This document shows, piece by piece, positions 1-10,900 of a DNA stretch of 56,759 nt (position 1 is its first letter; each line of letters opens with the position of its first letter). Source of the stretch: a virus (lineage: Duplodnaviria; Caudoviricetes); IMG/VR virus record IMGVR_UViG_3300032235_001027, positions 1 to 56,759 of that record, one strand, 5' to 3'. The position numbers were made by a program, and so were the translations under genes. The notes below the pieces were generated by a model. That model was not told the DNA's origin, searched no databases, and worked only from the letters and a program-made list of their open reading frames with translations.

Positions 1-160
1 AAACGGGAGCGTTCGCGCCAACTGGTGATTACGTTATCACTAGTCAAACTGGCAACTTCGTTACTACGTCCGAAACGGGAGCGTTCGCACTAACTGGTGA
101 TTACGTTACTGCAAATCAAACAGGTAGTTTCGTAACTACATCTCAAACGGGAACATTCGC
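1..160 (+). repeat. 72-nt period coding tandem repeat
   Basis: aaacggga..ttcgc starts at 1, 73 and 145; aactggtgattacgtta occurs in the first two units. Confidence 0.85.
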
Positions 161-1586
161 AAGTATCAATGGTGGATATCTTTTATCTTCACAAATTCCC
201 ACAATCACTGGAGACATTTGCATCCTTGCTGGCACTAATAACGCTTTAATTTGTCAATTGCAAGGATATCCAGTATCAACTGCGACTCCAGCAAATGGCC
301 AAACTTTACAATTTAATGGCACTTCTTGGGTGCCAGGCGATATTGCTGCTGGTGGCAATGGCGGTGGCGGATTGGTTTACTACTTCAACGAAAGGGTTGC
401 TGCGGACCTTCCTACTGGAAATCTTCCATATGCAATTTCTGGAGCTTATGAATTAGGTAGGTCTGGAATGACTGGTCAATTCTCATTCCAAACTCCAGAT
501 TTGCCAACTGCTAATTATACTGGAGTTGTTGGTTTTATTACTGATGTCCTGGACCCAAATATTTCTGCAATTCCAGCTGGTTTATTTGATTTTAATTTCT
601 GGGCATCTAGTAATACTTCAACACAAACAATTGTAAAATTAGAAGTATATAAATACGATGGCGCAACTACTACTGCAACATTAATAGCAAGCTCTGATGA
701 TATTTATACTTATGATGGTGATGTAACTGCTCAATATATAGCATCAGTTGTATTGCCGCAAACAACCATAACTTCTACAGATAGATTATACATAAGATAT
801 CTAGCAAAAGCATTGGGTAACAATAAAAGAATAACTTTTTACTTTGGTGGCAATACTCCTTCTCATGTTCATACAACTTTTCCATCGATTGGTGGTTCAG
901 GTTTAGTCAAAGTCATTAATGGAATCATGCAGAGTCCTGCTTCGCAATTGACTGACTCTGACGTTTCGGCGAGTGCGGCAATTGCGGGGTCTAAAATAGA
1001 ATCTGGATATTTCGCCCTATCTAGTGCGACAGGCACTTTCGTAACTACGTCCCAGACGGGTGTTTTCGCCCTTTCCGCTAATACTGGCAGTTTCGTAACT
1101 ACGTCTCAGACAGGTCAATTCGCTCCTAGTGGTAGTTACGTTACGACATCTCAAACAGGCACTTTTTTAAATACTGGTTTAGGATATTTTGATATTAAAT
1201 CTATAACCGAATCAATAACTGTTTGCAGTACTGGATCTACTGGCCTAATTCATTTTAATATTCTTTCTGGATCTAGCATATATAACATATGCAATTCAAC
1301 TGCAAAATCATATTTAAATTTAAGGGGAAGTGCTTCGTGCTCTTTGAATTCTTTAATTCCCGTAAATAGAACTTTAGCCATTTCATTTTTAAATACTAAT
1401 GGAGCGACTGCTTATGAATTAACTGGAGTTTCCATCGATGGAACTGGACAAACAATTAGATGGATGAATGGAACTGGAGGCCCTCCATCTGGAAACGCTT
1501 CAGCGATTGATATGTATTCTATAGTAACAGTTAAAACTGGAAACGGCCTTTATAATGTATTTGGCTCGACTTCATTCTTGAAATAA
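3..1586 (+). CDS. Tail fibre/virion surface protein with TGxF[VA]TTSQ repeats (5'-truncated by window edge)
   Basis: The frame of ORF 258..1586 is open back to base 3 (TGAFAPTGDYVITSQTGNFVTTSETGAFAL...). It has a PANGQTLQFNGTSWVP fibre-type motif and a C-terminal IRWMNGTGGPPSGNASAIDMYSI module typical of fibre ends. Confidence 0.7.
   Translation, partial: TGAFAPTGDYVITSQTGNFVTTSETGAFALTGDYVTANQTGSFVTTSQTGTFASINGGYLLSSQIPTITGDICILAGTNNALICQLQGYPVSTATPANGQTLQFNGTSWVPGDIAAGGNGGGGLVYYFNERVAADLPTGNLPYAISGAYELGRSGMTGQFSFQTPDLPTANYTGVVGFITDVLDPNISAIPAGLFDFNFWASSNTSTQTIVKLEVYKYDGATTTATLIASSDDIYTYDGDVTAQYIASVVLPQTTITSTDRLYIRYLAKALGNNKRITFYFGGNTPSHVHTTFPSIGGSGLVKVINGIMQSPASQLTDSDVSASAAIAGSKIESGYFALSSATGTFVTTSQTGVFALSANTGSFVTTSQTGQFAPSGSYVTTSQTGTFLNTGLGYFDIKSITESITVCSTGSTGLIHFNILSGSSIYNICNSTAKSYLNLRGSASCSLNSLIPVNRTLAISFLNTNGATAYELTGVSIDGTGQTIRWMNGTGGPPSGNASAIDMYSIVTVKTGNGLYNVFGSTSFLK
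1012..1168 (+). repeat. Second block of FVTTSQTG coding repeats (about 54-nt period)
   Basis: ttcgtaactacgtc at 1038 and 1092; protein TGTFVTTSQTGVFA / TGSFVTTSQTGQFA / GSYVTTSQTGTF. Confidence 0.8.
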
Positions 1587-1592
1587 AAATTT

Positions 1593-2651
1593 ATGGCATT
1601 TTTAAATAGAATTTCTAGTCCATTATATTTGTTATCAAAAAAAATTCAGATTGCTATTGGATATGTTTTTGGAAATATTTGGGTTGCAAAAGATAGCGAC
1701 AGAGTTTGGGTGGACTTAGAAATGTCTTCGGATGGAGTTGTTCAAACTGCGGTAGTTAGTGGTGGCCAAATATTTACCTCACATGATTCAGGAAATACTT
1801 GGGTAGCTAGAGAAAGCGCTAGAAACTATGCTAGAGTAGCAATGTCATCAGATGGAACTATACAAGCTGTCACATTTCAGAATTCTTCAACAGGGCGCAT
1901 ATATGTTTCAAGTAATTCTGGAGTAAATTGGACGGCAGTGGGTCCAACTAAAAATTGGAGATGGATAAAAGTGTCCGCAAGTGGAACAAAAATGACAGCT
2001 ATATGGGATTCTAATGATGGCTTTTTGGGTGAAATATACGTTTCAAATGATTCTGGAGCTAATTGGTCTGTTAAGGATAATCCAAGAAATTGGCAAGATT
2101 TAGCAATCTCTTTAGATGGAACTGTGCAAACCGCAGTTGCATCAAATGAACAAATATATGTTTCAACTGATTCTGGAAATACTTGGTTGCCAAAAGATGA
2201 TGTTAGGTCATGGTTTCGCGTAAAAATTTCCTCAAGCGGAAATATACAAACTGCATCTCTTAACGGTGTAGGAGTTTATGTTTCAAATGATTCTGGAAAT
2301 ACGTGGACATCAAGATTAAATGTAACAGCTTCTGATTTAGCAATGTCATCAGATGGAGCCATACAAACTATTTTAGTTAATGGTGGCAAAATATATGTTT
2401 CAACTGATTCTGGAGTTACGTGGTCAGCTAAAGAAAGCAATAGAAGCTGGCGCTCCATAGCAATGTCTTCAGATGGTACAAAACAAATTGCTGTAGTTAA
2501 TGGTGGTCAAATATATGTTTCAACTGATTCTGGAAGTACATGGGCAGCTAAAGAAAGTAATAGAAACTGGTATCTTGTTAAAATTTCTTCAGATTCATTG
2601 AGATCAACGGCGGTAGTTATTTTGGGGAAATTATATATTTCAAATTCCTAA
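1593..2651 (+). CDS. BNR/Asp-box repeat beta-propeller protein (likely virion/receptor-binding)
   Basis: About 7-8 repeats of about 40 aa: AMSSDGTxQxAVxxGGxIYVSxDSGxTW (Asp-box S-x-D-x-G-x-T-W). Confidence 0.8.
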   Translation: MAFLNRISSPLYLLSKKIQIAIGYVFGNIWVAKDSDRVWVDLEMSSDGVVQTAVVSGGQIFTSHDSGNTWVARESARNYARVAMSSDGTIQAVTFQNSSTGRIYVSSNSGVNWTAVGPTKNWRWIKVSASGTKMTAIWDSNDGFLGEIYVSNDSGANWSVKDNPRNWQDLAISLDGTVQTAVASNEQIYVSTDSGNTWLPKDDVRSWFRVKISSSGNIQTASLNGVGVYVSNDSGNTWTSRLNVTASDLAMSSDGAIQTILVNGGKIYVSTDSGVTWSAKESNRSWRSIAMSSDGTKQIAVVNGGQIYVSTDSGSTWAAKESNRNWYLVKISSDSLRSTAVVILGKLYISNS

Positions 2652-3619
2652 TTCCCCATTAACTCAATCATCTGATCCATACTTAATGAACCGCCATTTT
2701 TCTTAATCTCATCTGCCAAAGAAACCTTCCTAGCAGATGGATCTAGAATATCTAAATCTTTAGAGGTCGCACCAAAAACTGCAGTCGCGCCGTCTTTTGT
2801 TTGAGATTGAAAATTTTCTCTAGTCTTCTTTGAATCGACAAAGTCAAAAATAGCTTTTGGATCTTTTCTTATATCGTCTGGAATATCGTCATGATATTGA
2901 AAGATGTTATTAAATATTCTACCATATAGCAATAGTTTCATTTGGTATGCAGTTAATTCATGAATGAATTTACCAAAGAAATGGTATGGATTTTCGCAAG
3001 CCGAAAGATATATATTAAAGAAATCCTGCAACACTATGCTTTGAATATTCAGATCCGATAAGTCGCTTGAAATGCGAAAGTAAGTTTTACTGAGTTCCGA
3101 AATATCATCTGAAGTTAAACTACCAAAATCTTCATCTGAGTATTTTAATTCTTTTAAATTGATATCTCTATATATTAATGTGCGTAAGAATTCTTCGTTT
3201 GCCATCTTATTGGCATATGTTTCGGCACTAGTCCCAACTAATTCATTCTTTCGCGAAAGAAGAAAGTTTAATTCGCTTTCTTGTTCATTGATTGTTTTTT
3301 GATGAGCTTCTTTCTGTGATGGAAGAAAGAGTTTTTCTTTCGTCTTTTTTAGATTAGAAACGTAATTTTCTAATTCTGATATTTTTAAATCATCATTCGA
3401 AGACCAATCGCCATCATCTTTTAATCTTTTGTAGATCTGTTCTTCAGTTTCTATTCCTCTTTTTATGGCAATCTTTTTATACTTTTCGTAAAAGACTCCT
3501 ATACAATTCTGATCGCGAATCGTAAAATGACGAAAAAACAACCTTTGACCATTAAGATCAAAGGCTGTCCTTCCATCGAATATATCTATTAGGCTATTAG
3601 ATAATGGATTATAGTTCAC
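2648..3619 (-). CDS. Hypothetical protein, possible tail assembly chaperone (paralog of 3609..4361)
   Basis: 323-aa ORF sharing KRGIxT...SAETYA motifs with its neighbour. Confidence 0.45.
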   Translation of the reverse strand: MNYNPLSNSLIDIFDGRTAFDLNGQRLFFRHFTIRDQNCIGVFYEKYKKIAIKRGIETEEQIYKRLKDDGDWSSNDDLKISELENYVSNLKKTKEKLFLPSQKEAHQKTINEQESELNFLLSRKNELVGTSAETYANKMANEEFLRTLIYRDINLKELKYSDEDFGSLTSDDISELSKTYFRISSDLSDLNIQSIVLQDFFNIYLSACENPYHFFGKFIHELTAYQMKLLLYGRIFNNIFQYHDDIPDDIRKDPKAIFDFVDSKKTRENFQSQTKDGATAVFGATSKDLDILDPSARKVSLADEIKKNGGSLSMDQMIELMGN

Positions 3620-4361
3620 CAGCTTCTATTTTTTTATCAAGATCTTCGAAGTCCTCTTTTGTCGAGGCTTGATTAAAAAACCAAAATGCGATTAATGTCG
3701 AAATCTTTTTAGAGATAACGCTATAGTGTTCATCTGGAGATTCTTCTTTTGAGTAGAAGTTTTGAAGCTTGTCTTCAAATTCCTCTCCTTGAAAATAGGG
3801 CTTTTCCTTATCTTCTCCATCAGGTTTGACATAAGTCAAATTTAAAATATACCAAAGAAGCAATTTATTTTGAGCCTTTGAATCTGCGGTGTGATCAAAT
3901 AAAGATCTATAATTAGATTCGATATCAATAATTTCTTTGCGAGTCTTTGTGAGATCTTCTAACACTGCATCGATTTTTTCTTTATTTTCTTTCTTTTTGG
4001 TGGAGCTTTCCAGACGAATACTTTCGTTTTGAAGGTCATAGATTTTCTTGTATAAATCTACTAACTTCTTTGATTCATTTTCGGAAAGCATTCCACCAGT
4101 ATCTGAATACTTCTTGGCCAACATAGCTTTTGTGAGAATGCCCTTCTTGATACATTTACTCATTTCAACGCTATACTCCAAATCAGCTTCTTCGATTTGG
4201 CGACGAGTTGGCTTCTTCAAAGAAACTTCAAAAGGTACTTTTTCGACTACCTTTTTCATCACAATAATTTCTTCTTTTGTTTGTTCGTCAACTCTCTTTT
4301 CCTCTACTGTATTTTCTTTTTCCGAGAAGAGAGTAAAACTATATAAATTTTTTGATTCCAT
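3609..4361 (-). CDS. Hypothetical protein, possible tail assembly chaperone
   Basis: 250-aa ORF with LKKPTRRQIEEA start motif and a coiled-coil middle; lies beside the tail module. Confidence 0.45.
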   Translation of the reverse strand: MESKNLYSFTLFSEKENTVEEKRVDEQTKEEIIVMKKVVEKVPFEVSLKKPTRRQIEEADLEYSVEMSKCIKKGILTKAMLAKKYSDTGGMLSENESKKLVDLYKKIYDLQNESIRLESSTKKKENKEKIDAVLEDLTKTRKEIIDIESNYRSLFDHTADSKAQNKLLLWYILNLTYVKPDGEDKEKPYFQGEEFEDKLQNFYSKEESPDEHYSVISKKISTLIAFWFFNQASTKEDFEDLDKKIEAGEL

Positions 4362-4376
4362 ATTCCTTAAGTTATA

Positions 4377-4667
4377 TTAATTTTTAAATACAAAACTTAC
4401 ACTAAAATCTTGTAAGTTATCGTCATTTGATCGGACAGCTTCGTTGCCGATATCTAAAACTCTTTTCCTAAGCCAAGCCATTTTTGCTTCTGTAAAATAA
4501 TTCGAAGCATCTACGTATCCATGATACTCCTTTGGAATGGTTTGCTTGATTTTAGAAACTTGTTGTTCGTGTTCGAATTTCAAGTCTTCAATAAGCATTA
4601 AATATTGCTTAAAAAGTTGACTAATTGATTTTGATGATTTCTTTGCTAAAGATTCTTTTGCGTTCAT
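4377..4667 (-). CDS. Hypothetical protein
   Basis: 96-aa ORF co-oriented with the downstream pair; phage-like composition. Confidence 0.6.
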   Translation of the reverse strand: MNAKESLAKKSSKSISQLFKQYLMLIEDLKFEHEQQVSKIKQTIPKEYHGYVDASNYFTEAKMAWLRKRVLDIGNEAVRSNDDNLQDFSVSFVFKN

Positions 4668-4698
4668 ACCTTATACCTATTTTATAATAAATTTAAAA

Positions 4699-4704
4699 GT
4701 GTAA
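4699..4704 (+). promoter_or_regulatory. GTGTAA motif 8 nt upstream of ATG (putative phage-sigma late promoter)
   Basis: GTGTAA-acataaat-ATG at the head of the neck/tail operon; recurs before other genes. Confidence 0.5.
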
Positions 4705-4712
4705 ACATAAAT

Positions 4713-5159
4713 ATGTCAGGCTTTTTAACAGAAAATCAGAAAAACAATATTAAAGATATCATTGATCGAATTCATGATACTTTTGCGAGAGAGATTACTG
4801 TTTACAAGTTTGGACAAAAAGTTGCGATTGCCACAACTAACGAATATAATGCTTTATACAAAACAAATGTAAATGCTAGTCGCCAACAGCTCACTCAAGT
4901 CTCTAGGACTATTATGGCAAGAATTAAATATGAAAAGTTTGATCAAACTAATTTTTATCAAGAAAAATCTCAAGAGAAAATAGTTATCCCAGAAGGAGCG
5001 GTTTACATTAAAGTTGATGAGGATGGATACAACTATGTTAAGGATGCAAAAACTGTAGAATTAGATGGCAAAACATTCGCAATCAAAAGCCCTGGAAAAC
5101 CAGAAGGGATGTTTGGACCTCAGTATTATAAATTTTTATTAATACCTCTAGAAAACTAA
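4713..5159 (+). CDS. Putative head closure/head-tail joining protein
   Basis: Size, position before neck/terminator/tube genes, and beta-rich C-terminus VELDGKTFAIKS...YYKFLL. Confidence 0.5.
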   Translation: MSGFLTENQKNNIKDIIDRIHDTFAREITVYKFGQKVAIATTNEYNALYKTNVNASRQQLTQVSRTIMARIKYEKFDQTNFYQEKSQEKIVIPEGAVYIKVDEDGYNYVKDAKTVELDGKTFAIKSPGKPEGMFGPQYYKFLLIPLEN

Positions 5160-5815
5160 TGGCTAATGAGATTAAAATAAGTAGAGAATTAAGAAAAAAA
5201 ATGCAGACCGCTGCATTAAAAGTTATAAAGCAAAAAAGTGGAAAAGATATTGAAAAAACTGCGCAAAAGATCAAAGAGCAGTTAATTGCTGAATTCCTAG
5301 CTCATCCAGTAACAAAGGAGTTGTTGGAAAAAAATACCGCACAAAACTATAGTCAAACATTAGTTGGATATGGAAATTTGTATTCATTTATAGGCTTTGA
5401 TTATCCAGAAGATCCAATAGCTCCAATAATAGATTTATTAAATGCAATCAAAATAGATCTAAGACTAAATGGAAATAATCTTTTTTTATATGTTAAAATG
5501 CCAACTCCAGAGGATGTCTGGGTGGTAACCCCAATGCCTTGGGCAGATGGAAGAAGTTGGGCAAAGGGTATTGAATCTGGTATTTCTGGATTAAATTTTT
5601 ATCTATCAGTTCAAAAAGCTGGAGTCAAAGCGCTAAGAGCTTTTGAAGACTCTAGATCTGGAACTGCAATTCAATCTAGTAAACGAGTATCTCCATCCGC
5701 GAGATTTAATCCTACTCAATACATAAGCACTTTATTAAAAAAATACAAAACAAAATTCTCTTCTCTTGGAAAGAAGAGTAAAAATATATTTACAGAAGTA
5801 ACAACACTCGAATAA
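5159..5815 (+). CDS. Putative neck/tail completion protein
   Basis: Basic protein between the closure-like and terminator-like genes; GNLYSFIG and WAKGIESG motifs. Confidence 0.45.
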   Translation: MANEIKISRELRKKMQTAALKVIKQKSGKDIEKTAQKIKEQLIAEFLAHPVTKELLEKNTAQNYSQTLVGYGNLYSFIGFDYPEDPIAPIIDLLNAIKIDLRLNGNNLFLYVKMPTPEDVWVVTPMPWADGRSWAKGIESGISGLNFYLSVQKAGVKALRAFEDSRSGTAIQSSKRVSPSARFNPTQYISTLLKKYKTKFSSLGKKSKNIFTEVTTLE

Positions 5816-6657
5816 TGAAACCTCAATTCCAACATAAACTCGCGACATCTTATTTGCTTTGGTTTGAGAATTTTTTCATGAAGAAGTCTGAAGCTTATTC
5901 AATAAAGACTGGCACTTTTACTCATTATGTCGATGATAGACTTCCAGTAGCATATGAAAGTTTTGGAAGTGAATACAAGCAAATGGTTTATGACTCCTCA
6001 TTACCAAATACTTATATACCTTCTGGATTATATGTCAGTGGTATTTTTAAGCCTTTTGAGAGAGATAAATATATGCTTGATTTTGACAATGGTCGATTTA
6101 TTGCTAGTGGAATTCCAAGTGGAAGCAATGTTACTGGTCAGTTCACAGTTAAAGACATAAACTTTTATTATACAAACGATACTGAAGAAAATATTGTTTT
6201 AAATGTGCAGGAAAAAATAAATCAAAGCGTTTCTAATATTCATACTGAATACTATCAACCTTACGAGCAAAAAATTCCAGCAATTTACATGTCTAATGAC
6301 AGCATGAAAAATAGTCCATTTGCATTTGGTGGAATGAATGAAACCTTAACTAAAGCTCGCGCAATTGCAATTGCAAATAATAGTTATGAATTGGATACTA
6401 TTTTATCAATTTTTGCCGATTCTTACAACGAGAATATTGCGCTAACTGAATTTGAAAGTCATCCATTTAATGAATATTCTAGTTTAAAAACTGGATATTA
6501 TTCTTACGAAGATATAAAGTCAACATATCCAAAACAAATATTTGTAAAGGAAGTTTACACTTCAAAACTTTCAGATAAATTAAAGCAAAATCTATTGAAA
6601 GACTTATATATAGGATTTATTGATTTTGATTTATCAATATTCAGGTACAGATCATAG
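5815..6657 (+). CDS. Putative tail terminator-like structural protein
   Basis: Immediately upstream of the tail tube; IPAIYMS motif resembles terminator proteins. Confidence 0.4.
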   Translation: MKPQFQHKLATSYLLWFENFFMKKSEAYSIKTGTFTHYVDDRLPVAYESFGSEYKQMVYDSSLPNTYIPSGLYVSGIFKPFERDKYMLDFDNGRFIASGIPSGSNVTGQFTVKDINFYYTNDTEENIVLNVQEKINQSVSNIHTEYYQPYEQKIPAIYMSNDSMKNSPFAFGGMNETLTKARAIAIANNSYELDTILSIFADSYNENIALTEFESHPFNEYSSLKTGYYSYEDIKSTYPKQIFVKEVYTSKLSDKLKQNLLKDLYIGFIDFDLSIFRYRS

Positions 6658-6717
6658 TTTAAATTTTCACAATCTGATGGGACTGCTGTAAAATCTAACA
6701 AATAATTTTTTAATCAT

Positions 6718-7893
6718 ATGGCACGTAATCGCGTAATTTATCAAAGTGAAGCTCTTTATGTTAGTAAGAATATCAATTCTACTGCTTCGGGCGAGCACGC
6801 TCAATTAAGAAGAGTTCAAAGTGCTAATTACAATTTTAGCATTGAACGTCAAGATGTTAACCAATTTGGTCAATTAGCACGTATTGACGCTTTGGTTCTT
6901 AAAAGTCCAACTGTTTCTTTAGATTTTACATATTATCCTACCGATGGATATAATGAAAAAGCTTTAGGATTTTATGTGCAAAATAACGCCAAAGGAGATG
7001 CTACAGAAGCTAATTTTGCTTCTGGTCAAATGGCTGGTTCTAGTGGACAAAATTTTTACATTATTACTTCTGAAGAGGGTTCAGATTTAAATACCCTTAC
7101 TGGAGATTATGCACTTTCTGGAAAAGCTGCAATTGCAATTGGAAACGGATATTTAAGTAATTATACGTTTAATGTAAGCGTTGGAAATCTTCCAACCGCT
7201 TCTATTACAATTGAAGGCTTGAATGTAAAATCTTCTTCCGTTTTGGGTAAAACTGGAGTTAATGGTGGAGCTGTTACTGGAAATTTTGTTCTTTCTCCAA
7301 CAATTGATCCTGTTGCTGGATCTGAATTATCTTTTACTGGCAGAATTCCAAGTCCAGTAGAAGCTACTGGTTCTAATTACGTTTCTGCTCTACGTCCAGG
7401 CGATATTACTTTAAGCTTTGGCGATTATACTGGAGTAAATGCGACTGGCGCTCCAATTGCAGTTCTTGAAGGTGCAAATGGCATCAACATACAAACGGCT
7501 TCGATCACTCTTCCATTGAGTCGCACTCCAATCGAAAGATTGGGTTCAAGATTCGCATTTGCTAGGGTTGTTGATTTCCCAATCGTCGCCACATTGAATG
7601 TTAGCGCAGTATTGAACGAAGTTCAAACTAAGAGCTTGGCTCAAATGTTGGATGATAACTCAAAGAGAGAAATATCATTGACTATCGGTAAACCTGGTTC
7701 GACAGCAAAAGCCTTAATTTTCAAGTTTAAAGGCTCTCAATTACAAAGTGAATCATTTTCTTCCAGCATTGGAGCTAATAAGACTGTTGATTTAGTATTC
7801 CAAACTCAAGTCGGTGGTCCAACAGATACGAATAACGGCATCTATCTTTCTGGATCTTATACTGACACGTTAGATGGGCAATGGGGCTACTAA
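6718..7893 (+). CDS. Major tail tube protein
   Basis: Beta-rich 391 aa protein with highly expressed-type codon usage, followed by a terminator and the tape measure gene; RVQSANYNFSIERQDVNQFG tube-like motif. Confidence 0.7.
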   Translation: MARNRVIYQSEALYVSKNINSTASGEHAQLRRVQSANYNFSIERQDVNQFGQLARIDALVLKSPTVSLDFTYYPTDGYNEKALGFYVQNNAKGDATEANFASGQMAGSSGQNFYIITSEEGSDLNTLTGDYALSGKAAIAIGNGYLSNYTFNVSVGNLPTASITIEGLNVKSSSVLGKTGVNGGAVTGNFVLSPTIDPVAGSELSFTGRIPSPVEATGSNYVSALRPGDITLSFGDYTGVNATGAPIAVLEGANGINIQTASITLPLSRTPIERLGSRFAFARVVDFPIVATLNVSAVLNEVQTKSLAQMLDDNSKREISLTIGKPGSTAKALIFKFKGSQLQSESFSSSIGANKTVDLVFQTQVGGPTDTNNGIYLSGSYTDTLDGQWGY

Positions 7894-7913
7894 TCAGTAG
7901 AAATTAAAATTGT

Positions 7914-7947
7914 AAAAAACCCGTCCTCAAAAGGGGCGGGTTTTTTT
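7914..7947 (+). terminator. Rho-independent terminator
   Basis: aaaaaa-cccgtcct-caaaa-ggggcggg-ttttttt downstream of the tail tube. Confidence 0.85.
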
Positions 7948-7954
7948 ATTTATC

Positions 7955-7960
7955 GTGTAA
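7955..7960 (+). promoter_or_regulatory. GTGTAA motif upstream of tape measure gene
   Basis: Lies just after the terminator, 20 nt before the ATG. Confidence 0.45.
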
Positions 7961-7980
7961 CTAATATAAAGGATTAAGGA

Positions 7981-10900
7981 ATGGCAGAAGATATTCGTTT
8001 ATCAGTAGGAGCGGACACAACGCAAATGGAATCGCAGATAGCTAATGCTGCGAAAAAGGCTGCTGTCGTTATTCGTCCAACTATTGATTCTAAAGGTCTT
8101 GAAAAGATCAGCGCACCTCTTGGTAGAATTACTGGTCAAGCTGATGAATTTTCGAAATCCATGGAAGCTGCAAACGCTCGCGTACTCGCGTTCGGAGCAT
8201 CTGTTGGAGTATTAAATGCCGTAGCAAAAAGCTTTCAAAATATAGTCACTGCTAGTACTCAAGTTGAAGCTTCTCTTAAGGAAATTCAAGTCGCTACTGG
8301 AGAAACAAGTGGTAATTTAGAAAGATTAGGAAAAGGAATATTTGAAGTCGCTAGATCTACTGGACTATCTTTCAAACAAGCATCTGAGGCTACGTTAGAA
8401 TTTGCTCGTCAAGGTGGAACTCTTGAAGATTCCCTGATGAAAGCAAAAGCAGCACTGGTGTTGACAAGAACTACTGGTTTGGATGCAGCGGAGGCGGTAA
8501 AGGGTCTTACGGCTGCTGTTTTATCATTTAATCAAGTTGGATTAGATTACGAAACCGTGGTAAATAAATTGGCTGCAGTCGATACTAAGTTCGCTGTTAG
8601 TTCTAGAGATTTGATTGAAGGTATTTCTCGTTCTGCTTCGGTTGCACAGGAAGCTGGAGTTTCTTTTGACGAATTAACAGCATTAATTACAACGCTCCAA
8701 GAAAAAACTGCGCGTGGTGGAGCTGTAATTGGTAACGCTTTAAAAACAATTTTCCAAAGAGTTCAGACGACTGAAAATCTTGACTATATCAGAAATTTAG
8801 GAATTGCAGTAAATGATGTTAGCGGCGACATTCTTCCCGCTACAACTATTATTAAGAAACTTGCGGATGAATTTCAAAATCTAGATTCTGCAACTAGAAA
8901 AGGTCTTTTAATTAAGATTGGTGGTGGTTTTCAGATTGATAAATTAGCAGCATTGCTTAATGATATATCAAATGCAAACGGCACATTTAATAGAAGCTTA
9001 GAACAGTCTACAAATGCTGGCAATGAAGGTTTTAAAAAACTAGATGAATTAAATAAAACAGTTCAAGCTTCATTTGATAGATTGACGACTTCTGGAACTC
9101 AATTTGCAGCAACTATTGGTAAGGTTGCTTTTTCTGATGATTTTAGATCTATTTTAAATAAAACATCTTCATTTCTTGAATCTTTAAATGAAAGTATTTC
9201 TGGCGGAGAGGAAGGTGGAGCTACTATAGGAAAGGCTATTGTTAAAGGAATTGGTTCTGTTATTACAGGTCCAGGTGCTCTTTTGATTGCTGGTCTTGGC
9301 ATTAAACTTTTTGGCGATCTTGCAAAATTTGGTGTTGATAGTTTAAAGAATCAGCTTGGTGTAACGAATGTCAAAAAAGAACAGCAAGATATAGAAAAAT
9401 CTATACTTGGATTATTGCTTCAAAACACTGCCGTTCAAACAAAAATTGTTTCATTAGAAGGAAATAAAACTGCTCAAGCAGAATATCTTTTGGGGCTTTA
9501 TTCTAAACAAGCTGCGACATTGGAAAAGATGTCAAAACTTAGCAAAGAAGTCGGACCTTCGGTTTATGAAGGAGGAATTAGATTAACTACTGAAGGTACA
9601 AAAAATGTTAAAGCAAAAACTGCTGCTGGTGGATACATGTCCAAAGAAGTTGCTAAAAAAATGGAAATGCAAGAAGCTCCTGCTGGCGCTTCAATAAAAG
9701 AAATTTCTAATTTTAATTTTGGTCCAACAGAGGGCAGGGGAACAATGATTGTTAATTCTATGGAGTCTGTTTATAAGACTCCAATGGGAGATTTTGTGGT
9801 TCCATCTTACTCAAAAACTAGAACTGGAAAACCAACTTTATTTTCAGCTTCTGGATATGTTCCAAATTTTGCAGACGTACAAAAAAGTTTAGATATTGAT
9901 GCAAATGCTTATTCCTTTGCGGGTTTAACAATAGGAGGAACTGGCTTAAAGACAGTAAGAGGTAAGCAATTAAGCCCACAATTACTTAGCGAAGTAAAAG
10001 ATCCAGCTTTAATTGAAGCTTTATCAAAATATTCTAAACTTAATTTTAAAAATGTAAGCGTCGGAAATATCTATAGAAGGCGCGATCAAAATTTAGATTC
10101 ACTTGAAGCAAGCGAGGAAGATATAAAAAATCATTTCCTTAAAAAGGCAAACGAAGCTTTAAGTCCTCAAATAGGAACTTTCATAAAAGACGAACTAAGT
10201 TCATTGGGCATAAAGCCAACTGCAACAATGCAGTTGATGATGAACAGGGGCAAAAAGTTTGATTTCGTCAATGATAGTATGGCTGGTACATTTTTTGAGA
10301 CAATGCTTAAGATGGCCAACATGTCTGCTGAAGATGAAAATTTTGGTCAGTTTTTCAACGACTCAAATAGTAGATTCGATATTTATGGATTGAAGCCAGA
10401 CATTGCAGAACAATATGGATTGCCTAAAAAGTTTTGGGAATATGTTGAAATTAAATCTTCCGAAAAAGCTTTAAATGACGAATTAGGTACAAAATTTATA
10501 CAACAACTTTCTCAGCCAGGTGGTGAAGCTTTAAAAGCTAAACTGTTAAATCAGTCAGCATCTATTCCAAAACAAAATGCAAAAACTGCTTCTAAGGGAT
10601 ATATACCGAATTTTTCAGAAGGTGGATTTGCTTACGAAAAAACAGCAAAGGCTTTAAGATTAAAGGATAAAGAAGATAAGGTTGATTCTAACAAAAAAGC
10701 CGTTGACATTTTCAAGGGAGAAATAAAACCAATACGCCAAAATAAAACAATCAAAGAATACACCAAACAAGCTCAAGAGACAGTATCGAGCATAGTCAAA
10801 AAACTTGGCAAAACAACTGGAAAAGAAATTGACGACACAAAATTAAATACTACTTTAAAAGAATTTGAGAAAAAAGGAATTGATCCCGTAAAAATTAAAA

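Noticed and set aside
2154-2540. Repeated atatatgtttcaactgattctgga as a possible CRISPR array
   Set aside because: These are in-frame coding BNR repeats at multiples of about 120 nt, and the intervening sequences are homologous rather than unique spacers.
3609-3640. Programmed -1 frameshift joining the two chaperone-like genes
   Set aside because: An A-run exists, but the downstream ORF is in the +1 frame, has its own GTG start and looks like a full paralog.
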